Shown: in pieces, positions 46,728-56,287 of the stretch
Layout of the letters: the number at the start of each line of letters is the position of its first letter
Position numbering within the stretch: the stretch's first letter is position 1
Assembly (NCBI RefSeq): GCF_003790525.1
Contig: NZ_CP033636.1
Reading direction: 5' to 3' (one strand)
DNA from: Escherichia coli
GTDB lineage: Bacteria; Pseudomonadota; Gammaproteobacteria; Enterobacterales; Enterobacteriaceae
DNA: 64,000 bases
The notes under the pieces: model-generated
Database searches by the model: none
What the model was told of the DNA's origin: nothing
Seen by the model: the letters and a program-made list of their open reading frames with translations, nothing else
Position numbers and translations under genes: made by a program

Positions 46728-48512
46728 TTATTCTGTATAAACTGGAGAAATTCGAATATTAGCTGCTTCTTTTATCTTTTCTTCACTGCATTCTCTTAAA
46801 AAGAAAGAAGGGTCACCATACCACATTACAAAAAGTTGCTTTTCTGCACGCGTAAATCCAACATAAAGCAAACGTCTTTCTTCTTCTATTGCCTCCTCCC
46901 CAACTGATCTTTTACTTGGTATCTGATCCGCATTACAACTCATTATTATTACTTTATTCCACTCAAGACCCTTTGAACCATGCAAGGTTGATAGGACTAC
47001 TTTCTCTGGGCTGTATTCCTCGTCCTTCTTCCTAGGGCCTAATGACATTGCAGCAGCACGATTGATCATATTCATCCAACCAGTCTTTTCTGCCCACTGT
47101 TTACAAGTGTCTAAAGCAATTTTTGTTAAGGTTGCTGTACCTTTATTACTCCTCATCTTGATTGACGACGATTCCATCCATTTCGTAAGGTTGGCGAAAC
47201 GTTTTGCTATCTCAACTTTATCAGTACTTTCCTGGGTAAAGCGCACGAAGTTTGAATGTAATGTTTTTGTTTCGAGAGAACTGTCCTCCGGGATGGCAAG
47301 GTCGCCAAAAGTAACTTTTCTTCCTCTCATACTCAATGCCACATCATCCAAAACTGATTCCTGTTCTCCAAACAATGCCAATACTCTCTTCATTAAGCGA
47401 GGATCATTTGATTGTCGGAAAAAGGCCATAAGGCTTAACACATCGCTTGTTTCTTTTTCATCCCAGAATGATTTACCTCCGTAACGAATTACTGGCTGTT
47501 CGATCAAACTTTCTAGCTCATCCAAGTGAGCATTATTGCGGCTTAGAATTGCCCATCCATGTGGATCCTGATTTATAAGGCTTAAAATACCCTGTATCTG
47601 TTCCTCCATATCTACATATGAACGAAAAGTGACCTTTCCTCCTCCCTTTTTTGCCGAGCGTAACTCTTTGGCATAACGGTAAACATTCTTTCCTATCAGT
47701 GCTCCGGCCACCTCTAAAATTTCAGGTTCACACCTAAAGCATGTGTTTAAGTAAAATATGTTAGGTCTGAAGTGTTTTTCAAACTGTTGAAATATTTTGA
47801 CTCCTCCTGAGGATCTGAAGGAGTAGATGGCCTGATCATCGTCTCCAACTATACTCGTATAGACTCCAGCTCTTGTATGCAATGCTATCCATGAGAATTG
47901 TATAGAGTCAGTATCCTGAACTTCGTCTACTATCAAATGTGTCAAATCTAACGTGCGCATTTTTCCCGAATGCATTTGACCGACAACAAATTTTGAAAGA
48001 GCATTGAGGTCCGCCACATGGTCTTTCTGGCATAACGCCTGATAGGTATTAAATAAATGGATCTGTTGTCTGTTATGCCGAACTGAAATCACATCCGTAT
48101 CCATTTCTCTGCCGATAGCATCAATAACGAATTCAGCTTCAGCAAACTTCATCGTTACACCGGATTCTTTCAAAGCCCGGTGAATGACAGATCTCTGTGC
48201 TGGCCCTATCAACATCTTTCCCGGCCAGCGAATCATGTCCAGTTGCTTCTTAACGAGTCCGTGAAAAGTATCCACCAGCACCCGGTCAAGATCCTTCTTG
48301 CTCAATCGCTTTTGTAACTTTGCTGCAAGTGCGTTTGTTGCAGCGCGAGTAAAGGTCACCATCCCGATTCTTGCATATGGATACTTTTTGAGAATCGATA
48401 TAACCGCTTCTATCATGGTGAATGATTTGCCTGATCCAGGCGCTGCTATCACCATATTGTTTGCGCTAGCATTCTCGATAACAGGTCTTTGCTCTTCTGT
48501 TGGCTTACCCAT
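46728..48512 (-). CDS. UvrD/Rep-type superfamily-1 DNA helicase
   Basis: 594 aa; N-terminal Walker A AAPGSGKS; UvrD-like layout; GAGG SD. Confidence 0.7.
   Translation of the reverse strand: MGKPTEEQRPVIENASANNMVIAAPGSGKSFTMIEAVISILKKYPYARIGMVTFTRAATNALAAKLQKRLSKKDLDRVLVDTFHGLVKKQLDMIRWPGKMLIGPAQRSVIHRALKESGVTMKFAEAEFVIDAIGREMDTDVISVRHNRQQIHLFNTYQALCQKDHVADLNALSKFVVGQMHSGKMRTLDLTHLIVDEVQDTDSIQFSWIALHTRAGVYTSIVGDDDQAIYSFRSSGGVKIFQQFEKHFRPNIFYLNTCFRCEPEILEVAGALIGKNVYRYAKELRSAKKGGGKVTFRSYVDMEEQIQGILSLINQDPHGWAILSRNNAHLDELESLIEQPVIRYGGKSFWDEKETSDVLSLMAFFRQSNDPRLMKRVLALFGEQESVLDDVALSMRGRKVTFGDLAIPEDSSLETKTLHSNFVRFTQESTDKVEIAKRFANLTKWMESSSIKMRSNKGTATLTKIALDTCKQWAEKTGWMNMINRAAAMSLGPRKKDEEYSPEKVVLSTLHGSKGLEWNKVIIMSCNADQIPSKRSVGEEAIEEERRLLYVGFTRAEKQLFVMWYGDPSFFLRECSEEKIKEAANIRISPVYTE
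47308..47318. repeat. AAAGTWACTTT palindrome copy 9 (inside helicase CDS, encodes K-V-T-F)
   Basis: Exact match ccAAAAGTAACTTTTct. Confidence 0.9.
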
Positions 48513-48691
48513 TTCAACCTCATTACTTCGTTTTAATAATTATACATTTTTATAAAAGCGCTTTTCTTGTGTACTGCTGGTTCTACTGGAAATCACTTTT
48601 TTTCCTTTTTTATGCAATCAGGTTGTTTGTGAAACGCGTGACTATGGAATAATGGTTCCATCTCCAAAAGACATTACAAAAAGGGCTTTAA

Positions 48692-49564
48692 ATGAAACTT
48701 TTACGTTTAGTATCTCTGGTCTCTTCTGTCGTCATTGGTTTTTCCCTATCGGGTTGTGCCGGTGACACCGGCACTACGCCAGGCACCGCTCTGAATGCGT
48801 ACAGTCACGGCCAGTACTGGCATGCTAAAGCAAATGATTCTGTCGCCAAGAATGCCTATTCGTTTGCTGGTTTCGACGTTAATTTTAAGGAGCAAGAGGT
48901 TACTCCTGGAGGGGATGCCGACAACTTTCTTTCTAAGTATCTCATCAATAGTTCGATGGGCTACGTAACAGGCGGTCTAAAAGGTTTTGGGATCATGAGC
49001 CTCGGCTCTTTGTACAGTTCTTCTGACGCCGAATACATCCAGGTCAATCAATACCTAGTGTTCGTCCCCAATCCAAAAAAATTGCCTTACAATGATGAAA
49101 GTTTGGTACGTGAAGGAGCTAAGTATGTTTTTGAGCATACAAAAGCAACTCAGGCCTCATTTGGATACAACCCTGAAAAACAGAAAGCAGCTCTGGCCAC
49201 ATGTAAAATTGATATGGCAGTCGTCAATAAATGGAGTACCTGTGATCTGCCCTCTAAGCCTGATGCTGATGTTTTCCCTACAGATTCAATGTACAGCTTT
49301 CAGGCGATTCGCCCCGCAACAGGAACCGAAACTCCTCAGCTAAACCTTCCCGCTGGTGATTACGCTGTAATTCGTTATGTGTTCATCCCATTTAAAGGAA
49401 ACGAAACAAGCGCTGATTTTTCGGGTATCATTTTCCGTTCTGATAGCCCAAATACAACAACTCCAGGGGGTGTTGCAGCCTCCATCAACGGAAAAGATTA
49501 TTACCTCTTTACCGGTGAATACGGTAAAAAAGGCTTCCCAGAAAAAACATTGAAAGCCAAGTAA
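48692..49564 (+). CDS. putative lipoprotein (290 aa)
   Basis: Signal peptide with lipobox MKLLRLVSLVSSVVIGFSLSGC; only sizeable plus-strand gene in this region. Confidence 0.55.
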   Translation: MKLLRLVSLVSSVVIGFSLSGCAGDTGTTPGTALNAYSHGQYWHAKANDSVAKNAYSFAGFDVNFKEQEVTPGGDADNFLSKYLINSSMGYVTGGLKGFGIMSLGSLYSSSDAEYIQVNQYLVFVPNPKKLPYNDESLVREGAKYVFEHTKATQASFGYNPEKQKAALATCKIDMAVVNKWSTCDLPSKPDADVFPTDSMYSFQAIRPATGTETPQLNLPAGDYAVIRYVFIPFKGNETSADFSGIIFRSDSPNTTTPGGVAASINGKDYYLFTGEYGKKGFPEKTLKAK

Positions 49565-49565
49565 T

Positions 49566-49592
49566 TAAAAAAGGGGCCTAACGGCCCCTTCT
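49566..49592. terminator. Bidirectional terminator between the lipoprotein gene and the traN-like gene
   Basis: AAAAAAA-GGGGCC-TAAC-GGCCCC-TTCTT; T-run on both strands. Confidence 0.65.
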
Positions 49593-52500
49593 TCAATATT
49601 TCGGCAACTGCTTGCCCGTAACCGGATCCAGCGTAGTTGAACCTACCTCACATATGGCCGGTCGAGGTAAATAGCTACAATCTACATTTTCCTCTTTTAT
49701 AGCCTGAGCATTTTCTTGTCTGGCCTTTATCATATTTTCTTCACCGCCCATTGCTTCCTTGGTACGTTCTGATGGAAGTTGATAGTTCTCATTCTGGAAT
49801 GGTAAGTTTTCCACAATTGATTCTTCGGAGAATTTTGAATATTGATCAGGAACTTCTCCTACCTGAACTGCATCATTAATCCACTCCGTCAGATCAATTT
49901 TATCGAAATCCAGTTGCTGTATTTGCTTTATTGATAGCCCCACGCAATTAGAGGCGACAGGGTCTATTCCTAATTGCGGATAAGCTTGTTGCATAATAAC
50001 GCGTGACAACATGGAATTATAACAGCACATGTCTGTTGCTTTTTTAACGCATTTCTTTGTGAAACCAACATTCAGATATTTGACGCATCGTTCCGTATCT
50101 AATGTAAAACAGGATTTTTGATTCTTATGAATAGAAGCTTCCATCTCTTTCTGGTCGCATGCTACCAACATTTCTAAAAGCATTTTAGTGACCTGATAGG
50201 CTGTATAAATCCAACCGATCACGTTTAATGCAAGCATAAAGTTTTGAACCGCAGCCGAGAAGACAACCTCTCCTCCGGTAGTAGCAACGTTCTTAAAGAC
50301 AAAGTCTCGAACTGTATCTGGTAGCAATTCGTAGGCTTTCTTCATTGCCATCTGCTTAAGCTGACCTATACCGAAGCTGGACATTGTTTCCTGTGCCAAC
50401 TGGCCAGCACCTCCTGCCCCTCCAGAAGTTGCGGAAGACCCAACTGCCCTGCTTAGATTACCAGCGACGTTTTCATATACGCTCGTTAAGGAGCTCGTGA
50501 CATTGTTCCACATTTGCCCTACTGTTTTACCAGCTGATGCAGTCCACTCACCGACCGCATTGGACATAGAAGCCCATGTACCTGTATCACCGCCGGTCCA
50601 TTTTATTAGCTGAGCATTAACTCTGGTCCAGTTAGTGTTTCTGATCATAGATCCGGCAAGCATGATACCTTCAAGTGCTCCTGCGGTTCCCTGCGGTGCT
50701 TCGCAGCAGTCCGTCTTTGCCAGGCCATTTACAAAGCCTACTGAACGACCACACCATTCAGGTTTTCCTTCAAAGACAGAACAGGAATTGGCATCGTTAG
50801 GGTCTTCGCATTTGGCTTCGCCCTGCATGTACTGAACCATGTTTGAATAAGCCGCAACTTTTCCAAAATCGTTGTTCTCTTCCTTTGGCCCAGTTTCGCA
50901 TGTTCCTCCAGAACATGGGATCATGCCAACACAGGCATTTGTAGAAGATTCAACCTCACGAACTACATCCTTACCTCTGTCACAGGTGTATTTCTGTTCA
51001 TACATGTAGCAGCTGTTAGTGCCCTCATCGAACCAACCCTCTGCACATGTTTGTTTATCGAGTACACATGCTGCATCATTTTTATAAGAACTACATGCAT
51101 CAGGCATACTCTTAATTTCTTCGTAGTTGTAACAGAGGTCCTTTCCATTAGCGTCTTTCATAATTTTCCCACTGGCGTCATAAGAGCAAATCTTGTCTTT
51201 AGCCAATGGATCACAAAAATAGCCTTCAAGGTTAGTCTTCCAGGTAAGAAAGCCTTTATCGCCTTCATACAGCGGCTTTGCCATAGAAAGCACGCTTTCC
51301 GGAAGCCGCTTCGTGCCAACATCCATATCTTTAAACCGATCGAAACGGCAGAATGTATTTGGTGTTTGTACAGCATCGTAACAACCAGCTGGTTCCTGGA
51401 CGTGCTTATCTTCGAGCTTCATATTTTCAAACGTCAGCTCAACCTCAAAGTACCCTTCACCTCCCCCACCAACCCAGACTCTGGATGCCATTGTCACTTC
51501 ACGATCAGGTTCTTCATAAACTGATTTTCTGACCTTTTCAGTTACATCGTATACTTTGTCGAGTTTCCACGATTTTTTTAACTCCCAAGATCCCTTTGGA
51601 GCCGGATAGTCACTTTCTCGATATGCACCATCTATGTGAGCAAAAATCTGCGTGCCATCAAGTGTTACCCGCATGTGGTCATCCCACTCCGCGTTAACAA
51701 TCTTTGCTGAGGCCAATTTTGCATCCGGATGGAATTTTAATGTCAGTTCGTTATCAAATACCCCGTCACTCCAGTAGTTGTCATCACGGCGACCAAACCA
51801 TATACGCACACAATTATCGCCGCACATCGACATGTCTCCGTTTCCGCCTGAAATGTATACAGGAACAGAGAAGTCACGAGTTATCGTGCAGCTGCTGAAG
51901 TTATCTTGCTTAGGCGAGTTACAGTAGAACTCTTTGTAATCAGGATAGTGTGTGGTTACTGTTTTTTTGGAGGTCTCAACATTACAGTTCTGAAGCCAGT
52001 TTCCAGTACCAGCAACAGCATTGGTTATCTCATTTCTCCCCGCAGTAAACATGGGATCGTTAGGCTTTACAGACGATGCCGGGTTGTCCTTGTTAGCATT
52101 TACGAGGGTGCGGTAGGCAACGCCATCATAACTTTGAGCATCAAATAACTGGCTTTTCCGATTCTTTATATCGTTAACAAAGCCATCCTCATCCCCATAA
52201 CGATCTGCGGCGTTGAACTTTATATCGCTGTGCTTTTGCTCTGAGCTGAAAATCTCTCCCGTATTTGTTTTGGTTCCAGGAGTAGTATTGGGATTACTGC
52301 TTATACCAATGTTGCCATTAGCATCACGAGAGAGCAGCTTTGCCCCTTCCTTGGTGTAGTTTGAATTGATTGTCCCTCCAGACATACTCGGCAGTTGTAC
52401 GGCGCTACCAATAGACTTTCCATCGGATGCGGCATTTTTCATGACACTTTCATTAGAGTTCCCTGCCCCATACTTCCCGAGATTAAGATTAGCGGATTCG

Positions 52501-52781
52501 GCTTTACCCACGTATTTCTCGGTGATCTTCCCACTGACATTCTCGCCTGAATCCGCGTTCTTGTATTTCTCCACAATGTCCTGAGCACTGGTGGTTGCAT
52601 TGCGATTTGCGTTAGGATTTGCAAGGTTAAAATTATTTTCGAGCTGGTCAAATATAGCGTCAGCAGCGTAAACACGTGGTGTCATTACCATGTTTATGAG
52701 TGTGACATAAAAAGCCCAACTCATAGTATTGGCAACCATTGATGCAATAATCGCTGAGGTGATTGTTTTTCTAAGTTTCAC
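49593..52781 (-). CDS. trhN: TraN-like cysteine-rich outer-membrane mating-pair stabilisation protein (IncH TrhN-like)
   Basis: 1062 aa; signal-peptide-like N-terminus; many cysteines in the C-terminal half; gene order peptidase-traW-traU-traN; GTG start preceded by AAGGAG. Confidence 0.6.
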   Translation of the reverse strand: MKLRKTITSAIIASMVANTMSWAFYVTLINMVMTPRVYAADAIFDQLENNFNLANPNANRNATTSAQDIVEKYKNADSGENVSGKITEKYVGKAESANLNLGKYGAGNSNESVMKNAASDGKSIGSAVQLPSMSGGTINSNYTKEGAKLLSRDANGNIGISSNPNTTPGTKTNTGEIFSSEQKHSDIKFNAADRYGDEDGFVNDIKNRKSQLFDAQSYDGVAYRTLVNANKDNPASSVKPNDPMFTAGRNEITNAVAGTGNWLQNCNVETSKKTVTTHYPDYKEFYCNSPKQDNFSSCTITRDFSVPVYISGGNGDMSMCGDNCVRIWFGRRDDNYWSDGVFDNELTLKFHPDAKLASAKIVNAEWDDHMRVTLDGTQIFAHIDGAYRESDYPAPKGSWELKKSWKLDKVYDVTEKVRKSVYEEPDREVTMASRVWVGGGGEGYFEVELTFENMKLEDKHVQEPAGCYDAVQTPNTFCRFDRFKDMDVGTKRLPESVLSMAKPLYEGDKGFLTWKTNLEGYFCDPLAKDKICSYDASGKIMKDANGKDLCYNYEEIKSMPDACSSYKNDAACVLDKQTCAEGWFDEGTNSCYMYEQKYTCDRGKDVVREVESSTNACVGMIPCSGGTCETGPKEENNDFGKVAAYSNMVQYMQGEAKCEDPNDANSCSVFEGKPEWCGRSVGFVNGLAKTDCCEAPQGTAGALEGIMLAGSMIRNTNWTRVNAQLIKWTGGDTGTWASMSNAVGEWTASAGKTVGQMWNNVTSSLTSVYENVAGNLSRAVGSSATSGGAGGAGQLAQETMSSFGIGQLKQMAMKKAYELLPDTVRDFVFKNVATTGGEVVFSAAVQNFMLALNVIGWIYTAYQVTKMLLEMLVACDQKEMEASIHKNQKSCFTLDTERCVKYLNVGFTKKCVKKATDMCCYNSMLSRVIMQQAYPQLGIDPVASNCVGLSIKQIQQLDFDKIDLTEWINDAVQVGEVPDQYSKFSEESIVENLPFQNENYQLPSERTKEAMGGEENMIKARQENAQAIKEENVDCSYLPRPAICEVGSTTLDPVTGKQLPKY

Positions 52782-52799
52782 TTATTTTCTCCTTAGAAA

Positions 52800-53861
52800 T
52801 CAAACGCCTGGAACGTAGCGAACACAACAGTCATTGTAACGCCACAACATATAGACATAATTATCGTTGCCTATTTTTTTGCGCCCACCTTTAAGGGTTG
52901 ACCAGTCGTGTACCGAATCACCAAGACGATGACAGCAATCCGGTCCCTTCGCCTCAGGAGTAGGGAAAAGCATTGAAAGCCGATACTGGGAACGTGGTGT
53001 AAAGTATTCCCACGTTTTCTCACACATTGCGTCTGCTCCCATCGTTCGCATCAGCATGCCTTGGCGATGTAGTTTTGTCAGAAGACGCTGGGTAATCAGT
53101 GAACTCGTCCTTACAGCGTCATCATTTGCGTAAATGTGGCCGGTTAATGGGTAAAGGTTGCCATCGCATCCGGCACAAAAGTATGCAGCGAGATTATCCT
53201 TTCCTGCTGTTACTGCTACACAGTCAGCAGCGCACACCATTGAGGCAATTGGGTTTGCAAAAACTACTGCCTCGGGATTCAGGACGAGTGTAAGCAGATC
53301 ACTTTCCCACATAGGGTCCACTTCGCTTATATAGGTCAGGCTGGCATCTATATAGGGTTCAGCAGTGCACTCGCCAATAATCAGTAATTTGAGCATTGTC
53401 ATGATTGGGAACTCCCAAAGATGAACATCGTAAAATCCGGCTTCAGTTGCTGTCATTGGCTGATTAGTGTTGCTTTTACCAATATCAAACTGCGATTTTT
53501 GAAGCATCGTGCCTTCAAGAAAGGGGCTGCACCAGGGGCTCTTTACAACTTCTACAATCTTCACCGGCTGAAAGAAGCTCAATTGCCAACCTATTTCCGG
53601 TACGCCGTTCTGATCTGTGCAGTAGCAACCCGGACGTGAAGGTGCAGCGCCTTCTGGAGCAGCCCCTATGCCCATTATCCTCATGGGAAAAATGCAGCTC
53701 CAACAGATATTCTTAATCAAGCCCTGCCACACTCCAGCTGACTGACACATAGCCCCAGGGACTCCAGCATCTGCTGCCATAGCCATACCAGGTATAGAAA
53801 GCGAAAGCATAACTGCTACAATGAACTCTAAAAGTAACTTTTTGAATTTTTTCACCATCAT
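52800..53861 (-). CDS. trhU: TraU-like conjugative pilus assembly protein (TrhU-like)
   Basis: Signal peptide MMVKKFKKLLLEFIVAVMLSLSIPGMAMA; cysteine pattern CWSCIFPM, CYC typical of TraU as I recall it; start taken at 53861, track ORF extends to 53960. Confidence 0.6.
   Translation of the reverse strand: MMVKKFKKLLLEFIVAVMLSLSIPGMAMAADAGVPGAMCQSAGVWQGLIKNICWSCIFPMRIMGIGAAPEGAAPSRPGCYCTDQNGVPEIGWQLSFFQPVKIVEVVKSPWCSPFLEGTMLQKSQFDIGKSNTNQPMTATEAGFYDVHLWEFPIMTMLKLLIIGECTAEPYIDASLTYISEVDPMWESDLLTLVLNPEAVVFANPIASMVCAADCVAVTAGKDNLAAYFCAGCDGNLYPLTGHIYANDDAVRTSSLITQRLLTKLHRQGMLMRTMGADAMCEKTWEYFTPRSQYRLSMLFPTPEAKGPDCCHRLGDSVHDWSTLKGGRKKIGNDNYVYMLWRYNDCCVRYVPGV
53831..53841. repeat. AAAGTWACTTT palindrome copy 10 (inside traU-like CDS)
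   Basis: Exact match ctAAAAGTAACTTTTTga. Confidence 0.9.
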
Positions 53862-53999
53862 GCTCACTTGGATGTAATAAATGTTGCAACACTTTCGATA
53901 TAGTCGACGGCTTTGGTAAAATAACTTCTCATCTGGTCCGGATAATTTAGCGTCAGCCATGTTGCAAAGAGAGCGCCTATAATAAATCCGAGTTTCATA

Positions 54000-55511
54000 T
54001 TATTTTTCCTCTGAAAGATTTGGGGCTCCGATTCCACGGACTTCTGCCTCGCTAAACAGGGTGATCCGGAATTTATCTTGGTCAGTAGTTATAAGCGCAG
54101 GTGTATTTTTAATCTGAAAGCGTGAGATAATCTGTTCGTTTACTTTAAACACCTTACCGTTAAATTTTTCACGTAAATCATTTAGGTGATCCCATCCATT
54201 ATCTTTTTGGATACGGGTAAACATTGGCATTACTTTTCCACTACCCAGACGTTGTCGATACTGCTGCTCAGCCCATACCAGCTGGCCCGGATTGAGTGGA
54301 TCGAAAATTATCATCGTCAGGTTTTGAGGAAATCTCGAAAGTGGATTAATCAACTCCCCGGCGGAAGCTATTACACGGCCCTGCTTATCTTTTACGTCCT
54401 GAGTGACCCTCACTGTAGGGTCAATTAAAAATTCTTTGTGTTCCTGGGCAGGAGGGAGATCGACCATCCATTGATTTTTCCAGGTGTCCGCAACGGCCCT
54501 TTTTTTTGCACCTTCCCAGTCATATTTTTGTGCGCGTTCTTCCAGTTCTTTAATGATGCTCTTTTCTTCAACGGGATAAATCGTACCAGCAACAGGAAAA
54601 ATGTCCTGATCGGGTTTTTTAGCAAGTTCTCGCTGAAAAAACTCAACGTTGAAGGACCCTACCATTTTTGCAAAACGAGCTTGCTCCCGAGAAATAATTG
54701 TCGGTACTTGAGTTACTTGATACTGACTGAAGCTATCAGGATCAATTGTAATCAAAGGAGATTCAAATTTTCCTTTGACAATCATTTGGTTTATTGCTGC
54801 CTGTGTCTCTGGTAGCCGAGTAGTTCCTTTCTTTAGACCATTGAAAACTACACGAGCTTTATGCTCTGAGGCCGTACGTAAAAGGTCTTCCAGTACATAA
54901 TCCGGTAAGCTAAATGAAGCAAAGATCGTTATACCATTTTCAGTTGATAGTGCTTCTTCACGTGTGCTATCCATTTTTCTTTCGAAGTCAGCAGCTGTGA
55001 TGCCCGAGGAACCAAACAATTTTTCGATATTTTTAGATTGTCCTCGCATGACTTCCGGCTTATTTTCCACAGCTTTCAGAGCCGCTTCATTAAGGCTGGC
55101 GTTTTCCTGAATTTCATCACGTCTTCTAATTATATCGTTGACAGCATCAGAGTTATTACTTTGGGCCCTTATAGCCTGGGTATGGTCTATAACTGCTTGA
55201 ACACTATCCGCATTCATACCGGGCACGTAACCACGGTTTGTTTGCCTGCTCAGGTCCTGGTTTTTTTTGAGTGCTTCAGATTGCGCAATGTACTTCTGCA
55301 CATCTGGTGAATTTAGCGTAGCATCAAGGCTAAGAGCCCCATCTGGCTGCTGTGCACCTTTAGCCTGAGCGCCAAGCCCTTTTGCTTGCTGAGCGATTAG
55401 GTCAGCATCATGTTGATACTCAGTGCTTGCATTTGTATTACTTAAAACTGCACATAACGCAAGTCCAGGAAGTATTGGTAAATATTTTTTATTTACATTA
55501 AAAGATCGCAT
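54000..55511 (-). CDS. trhW: TraW-like pilus assembly protein with long N-terminal extension (TrhW-like, possibly a TrbC-TraW fusion)
   Basis: C-terminal region (GRVIASAGELINPLSRFPQNLTMIIFDPLNPGQLVWAEQQ) resembles F TraW as recalled; signal peptide; ATG 55511 preferred over the track TTG at 55523. Confidence 0.55.
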   Translation of the reverse strand: MRSFNVNKKYLPILPGLALCAVLSNTNASTEYQHDADLIAQQAKGLGAQAKGAQQPDGALSLDATLNSPDVQKYIAQSEALKKNQDLSRQTNRGYVPGMNADSVQAVIDHTQAIRAQSNNSDAVNDIIRRRDEIQENASLNEAALKAVENKPEVMRGQSKNIEKLFGSSGITAADFERKMDSTREEALSTENGITIFASFSLPDYVLEDLLRTASEHKARVVFNGLKKGTTRLPETQAAINQMIVKGKFESPLITIDPDSFSQYQVTQVPTIISREQARFAKMVGSFNVEFFQRELAKKPDQDIFPVAGTIYPVEEKSIIKELEERAQKYDWEGAKKRAVADTWKNQWMVDLPPAQEHKEFLIDPTVRVTQDVKDKQGRVIASAGELINPLSRFPQNLTMIIFDPLNPGQLVWAEQQYRQRLGSGKVMPMFTRIQKDNGWDHLNDLREKFNGKVFKVNEQIISRFQIKNTPALITTDQDKFRITLFSEAEVRGIGAPNLSEEK

Positions 55512-56010
55512 ATGTTTTCCCAATTACTGAATTCAGCTTTACTGTTCCCCAAAAACGGGAATCCCATGAGTGATCGGTTTGCCCAATTAGGAAAACTTCG
55601 CCTTCAGGAATTATCAATTCTTTTTCAATCAAAATGGACGGAATACTGTATTTCTTTGAAATACGACGTGCATTAGCTTCAAAAAATTTGTCCCCGTTAT
55701 AAACCCCATCCATTGTTACTTTGAGTTTGTCACCGCCCACACCGGCAACAATTTTTATGACTCGTTCATTTTCTGGGATAAAACGAACCGATTTCGGCAT
55801 GTTGAAAGCTATGAGTTCACCAGTTTTAATAGTTTTATCCGAATGATCAATCATATAAAAATCAGCAGGCAGGCACCCATTCAATAAACCGTATCCAAAT
55901 GTATAACGGGTGAAAAAGACACACATAACGAGAATCAGCAATAAAATATTAATGGGGACATACCAATCCAGTATAAGCAGCCCTCTCTTTTTAGGTATGT
56001 AGTCGCTCAT
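55498..56010 (-). CDS. trhP: S26-family signal-peptidase-like protein (TraF(RP4)/TrhP-like pilin-processing peptidase)
   Basis: 170 aa; N-terminal membrane anchor; C-terminal signal peptidase I-like motif GQTDHSWDSRFWG. Confidence 0.55.
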   Translation of the reverse strand: MSDYIPKKRGLLILDWYVPINILLLILVMCVFFTRYTFGYGLLNGCLPADFYMIDHSDKTIKTGELIAFNMPKSVRFIPENERVIKIVAGVGGDKLKVTMDGVYNGDKFFEANARRISKKYSIPSILIEKELIIPEGEVFLIGQTDHSWDSRFWGTVKLNSVIGKTYAIF

Positions 56011-56194
56011 ATTTTTCTCACTAGCACTGAAGAATATTTTTACTAAGTAGATACACCTCTATCCAAGTAACTATTATCCATGTTTTTCAACGCTCGGAAG
56101 TCTGCAAACTAACCTAATATTAACCTATAAGGATGTTAATTTCTCAGCATGTAGACGCAGCCTTGTTAGCGGCCATGAAAGATACCTTTGTAGC

Positions 56195-56205
56195 AAAGTT
56201 ACTTT
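56195..56205. repeat. AAAGTWACTTT palindrome copy 11 (intergenic)
   Basis: Exact match gcAAAGTTACTTTcc. Confidence 0.9.
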
Positions 56206-56241
56206 CCGGTATTAATTTTTCAAAGGTCCAATTGTTGGGCA

Positions 56242-56276
56242 TAAAAAAGCCGGGACAAAATGTCCCGGCTTTATAT
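56242..56276 (-). terminator. Rho-independent terminator after the 1434-aa gene
   Basis: AGCCGGGAC-AAAAT-GTCCCGGCT with T6 on the minus strand (A6 on plus). Confidence 0.65.
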
Positions 56277-56287
56277 TTAAAAATTTA

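Noticed and set aside
51051-51524. 157-aa plus-strand ORF
   Set aside because: Antisense within the traN-like gene; no SD
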